Sequence record: ON528728 | Reading direction: 5' to 3' (one strand) | Length of the DNA stretch: 64,000 nucleotides | Source of the DNA: Shigella phage ESh18 | Part shown: positions 61,711-64,000 of the stretch, piece after piece | How the letters are laid out: each line of letters begins with the position of its first letter | How positions within the stretch are numbered: the first letter of the stretch is position 1 | The notes under the pieces: model-generated | The model's database searches: none | What the model was told of the DNA's origin: nothing | The model's input: only the letters and a program-made list of their open reading frames with translations | Program-made: the position numbers and the translations under genes

Positions 61711-62184
61711 TTAAGCTTTACGAGGAGAAGCATAACGAGTGATTTCAGATTCTTCAACAACCCGGAAGTCACCTAAGAATACGATATTGTAGAGATTTTC
61801 ACCATCTTCAACCCATTGGTCTGTGATGAAGCCGCACATCCTATCAGTTTTACTTGGACCAGCGAAATCATCAATATAATCGAATTCTTCATCAGTTACA
61901 AATTCAACGCCTTTACACAACGCCCATTTAAATTGTGCATTAGACTCAGTGGATTCAACTTCTTCAACAGAAGCAAAATGAGAGCTAACACGAGTTTCCA
62001 GAAATTTAGGACTTACGTAAGCGTACTGAGTTTCAGTTTTTCCAGAACCAGGAATGATTCGAACTTTAACTTCTTTAACACGACCAGTACCATTAGTACG
62101 AAGTCCTACCACTTCAACTAGACGACCTGCAGCTTTAGAACGAGATGCAGACGATACACGCTTAATTTCACCGATAGTAATCAT
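61711..62184 (-). CDS. MotB-family paralog B, 157 aa (probable motB)
   Basis: ATG 62184; paralogous to 61282-61701; early promoter upstream. Confidence 0.6.
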   Translation of the reverse strand: MITIGEIKRVSSASRSKAAGRLVEVVGLRTNGTGRVKEVKVRIIPGSGKTETQYAYVSPKFLETRVSSHFASVEEVESTESNAQFKWALCKGVEFVTDEEFDYIDDFAGPSKTDRMCGFITDQWVEDGENLYNIVFLGDFRVVEESEITRYASPRKA

Positions 62185-62227
62185 AATTTTTCTCTCTTTG
62201 TTGTTAAGATTTATACTCCGCAGGACC

Positions 62228-62257
62228 ATTATACTCTGGTCCCAAGAGTTTGTAAAC
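62228..62257 (-). promoter_or_regulatory. early promoter: -35 GTTTAC, 18-bp spacer, -10 TATAAT
   Basis: Minus strand GTTTACaaactcttgggaccagagTATAAT. Confidence 0.6.
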
Positions 62258-62694
62258 TAGCTTACACGAACATTAATCACTGCGCTGCGAGGAACTACAG
62301 AGTACTCTCCAGCATGAACTACGTTCAGAAGTTCAACACCATCTTCAATCCACTGATCAGTCACCCATCCACCCACAGGATTCGCGAATGGACGACGAAT
62401 ATAAACTGCCTTACACAGCAGATCAGTTGGATCTTCAGGTTTTTCAATTTCTGTCAATAGACTAAAATCTTTTTCATAAATAATAAGCGATGATACCATT
62501 CCATAATAGTTTCTAATTTCAATATACATCATACCGATAAGAATTCCGCTATTAACACTAATAACAGTAAAAGGATATCCGCCAGTTAAACCAAGAAGTT
62601 CACAAAACTTATTATGAGCTGTATTAGACAGTACCGAAAAATTCTTAATTTCATCAAATTTTTTCAATTGATAAACAGCATTATTTTTAATCAT
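62257..62694 (-). CDS. hypothetical protein, 145 aa, sharing C-terminal motif with the MotB-like paralogs
   Basis: C-terminal GGWVTDQWIEDGVELLNVVHAGEYSVVP resembles the other two paralogs. Confidence 0.5.
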   Translation of the reverse strand: MIKNNAVYQLKKFDEIKNFSVLSNTAHNKFCELLGLTGGYPFTVISVNSGILIGMMYIEIRNYYGMVSSLIIYEKDFSLLTEIEKPEDPTDLLCKAVYIRRPFANPVGGWVTDQWIEDGVELLNVVHAGEYSVVPRSAVINVRVS

Positions 62695-62704
62695 GATTTT
62701 CTCT

Positions 62705-63217
62705 TTAATCTAAAGTAATAAAGCCTTTTAATTCGGCATGCGATTTGCGGAACATTACTTGATGTCCGCCAATGATAACTTGGTCATCTGGCACTTCATA
62801 AATCGCAATGTACATTCCACGTTCTTTTAAGTCTTCACGCTCTTCTCGAGTGAACCATCTCATCATATCATATTCACTAGCGAAAGCAAAATGATATAAT
62901 GCAATAAACCACAATGGAATATAATTTTCAATTCGTGAATAATCTTTATTCCATTTAGTTTTAATAACATCATTAGCATTTTCAACTAATAACTTATCAT
63001 CGTGTGGAATAGGAATACTTTCATGGCTTTCATAATTATCGCTATGATGATGAAATGACGATGAATTAATACCGCAAAATTTTAGCCAAGTTCGAGTTTT
63101 CATAGAATCAAATCCACGATAAGGAGTTGATTGAACGCATAACTCTTGCCTAATTTTGACTATACCACTATCATCATTTAATGCGCTAAACGATGATTCA
63201 ACACGATAAATTTTCAT
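62705..63217 (-). CDS. hypothetical protein, 170 aa from internal ATG
   Basis: ATG 63217 after GAGGATAATAAA; track start 63256 overlaps the upstream promoter. Confidence 0.5.
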   Translation of the reverse strand: MKIYRVESSFSALNDDSGIVKIRQELCVQSTPYRGFDSMKTRTWLKFCGINSSSFHHHSDNYESHESIPIPHDDKLLVENANDVIKTKWNKDYSRIENYIPLWFIALYHFAFASEYDMMRWFTREEREDLKERGMYIAIYEVPDDQVIIGGHQVMFRKSHAELKGFITLD

Positions 63218-63244
63218 TTTATTATCCTCAGTAGCTATGGTGTT

Positions 63245-63274
63245 ATAATACCACAACTAACCGAGGAAGTAAAC
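63245..63274 (-). promoter_or_regulatory. early promoter: -35 GTTTAC, 18-bp spacer, -10 TATTAT
   Basis: Minus strand GTTTACttcctcggttagttgtggTATTAT. Confidence 0.55.
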
Positions 63275-63283
63275 AACTTTTTA

Positions 63284-63964
63284 TCATTTTGTTGGAAGAG
63301 ACAGAGGATCGCAATCTTCCTCTGACGGAGCATCTTCAAGACCCATAGCGTATCGCAAAGCATACTTCATCATCAGGATGTCTTTCGCACAGTCATGAAT
63401 AGAATCATGTGCAACGAATCCATCTAAAGTTCCTTTTGGAAGAGGACACGTGGTCATATCACGAACAAGCAGAAGTGCTTCAATTCTGGTACGAATATCA
63501 CGCTGATTCCAGAATTTACATGGTTCTAACTTAAATGTATCAAGCTCATTCTCGGAAACGCCATTAAGACGTTGAATATCGCGAATGAGATCGACTAAAA
63601 TTGGAAAATCAAACGACATTCCACGGCACCAGCCTTGAGATTTCCAAGGATCGATATTATGTGCATTGATGTAATCATTAAATTTCGCAATACCGTCGAT
63701 AGTGCTTACATCTTCATCGGACGGTGCAATATTTTTTCGAGCTTCAGGAGATTGATTCTTCCACCATTCGATAGTACTTTTAGTAAAAAGACGATGTCCT
63801 TTTTGACTTTTTAAGTCAAATTTAATTTTAATCCCACGTGAAACTAGTTCATCGAATGTTTCAACAACTTCTGGGTTAGGGTCAAAAGCAATTACAGCCA
63901 AATCAATAACAGCTGCTTTTTCACCGCTTCCCATTGTTTCAAAATCTATAATAAAATCAAACAT
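63284..63964 (-). CDS. dexA: exonuclease A (DnaQ-like 3'-5' exonuclease)
   Basis: 226 aa; N-terminal IIDFETMG exonuclease motif; T4 DexA length. Confidence 0.85.
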   Translation of the reverse strand: MFDFIIDFETMGSGEKAAVIDLAVIAFDPNPEVVETFDELVSRGIKIKFDLKSQKGHRLFTKSTIEWWKNQSPEARKNIAPSDEDVSTIDGIAKFNDYINAHNIDPWKSQGWCRGMSFDFPILVDLIRDIQRLNGVSENELDTFKLEPCKFWNQRDIRTRIEALLLVRDMTTCPLPKGTLDGFVAHDSIHDCAKDILMMKYALRYAMGLEDAPSEEDCDPLSLPTK

Positions 63965-64000
63965 TAAATTTTCCTTGCTAAATCGCGAATTTGACCTACA

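Overview
This 64-kb window is a contiguous stretch of a T4-like (Tevenvirinae) myovirus genome, AT-rich and densely coding. Gene order is colinear with the T4 map: uvsY, baseplate hub genes 25-26-51-27-28-29-48-54, alt, 30 (DNA ligase), 30.x ORFs, rIII, 31, cd, pseT, spanin pair, alc, rnlA, denA, nrdB, nrdA, td, frd, 32, 59, 33, dsbA, rnh, long-tail-fibre genes 34-35-36-37-38, holin t, asiA, arn, motA, 52, ndd, denB, rIIB, rIIA, 39, a motB-region paralog cluster and dexA. All assignments rest on my recall of T4 protein sequences, lengths and synteny plus motifs visible in the translations; no database search was run. The phage is not T4 itself: nrdB and td are uninterrupted, the T4 homing-endonuclease sites I checked (nrdA-nrdB, 32-59) are empty, gene 39 is one 605-codon gene, and gp37 is about 53 codons longer. 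I found no rRNA, tRNA or CRISPR. Regulatory signals are typical of T4: sigma70-type early promoters on the minus strand, MotA-box middle promoters, TATAAATA late promoters and C(UUCG)G hairpins. The most interesting observations are a tandem pair of Alt-type ADP-ribosyltransferase genes, a 416-bp insertion with a 9-bp direct repeat at the frd/td junction, a HAD-hydrolase/NADAR-like pair near the ART genes, repeat arrays in the gp37 tip, and a family of near-identical early promoter-leader cassettes. I cannot show that any of these is previously undescribed.
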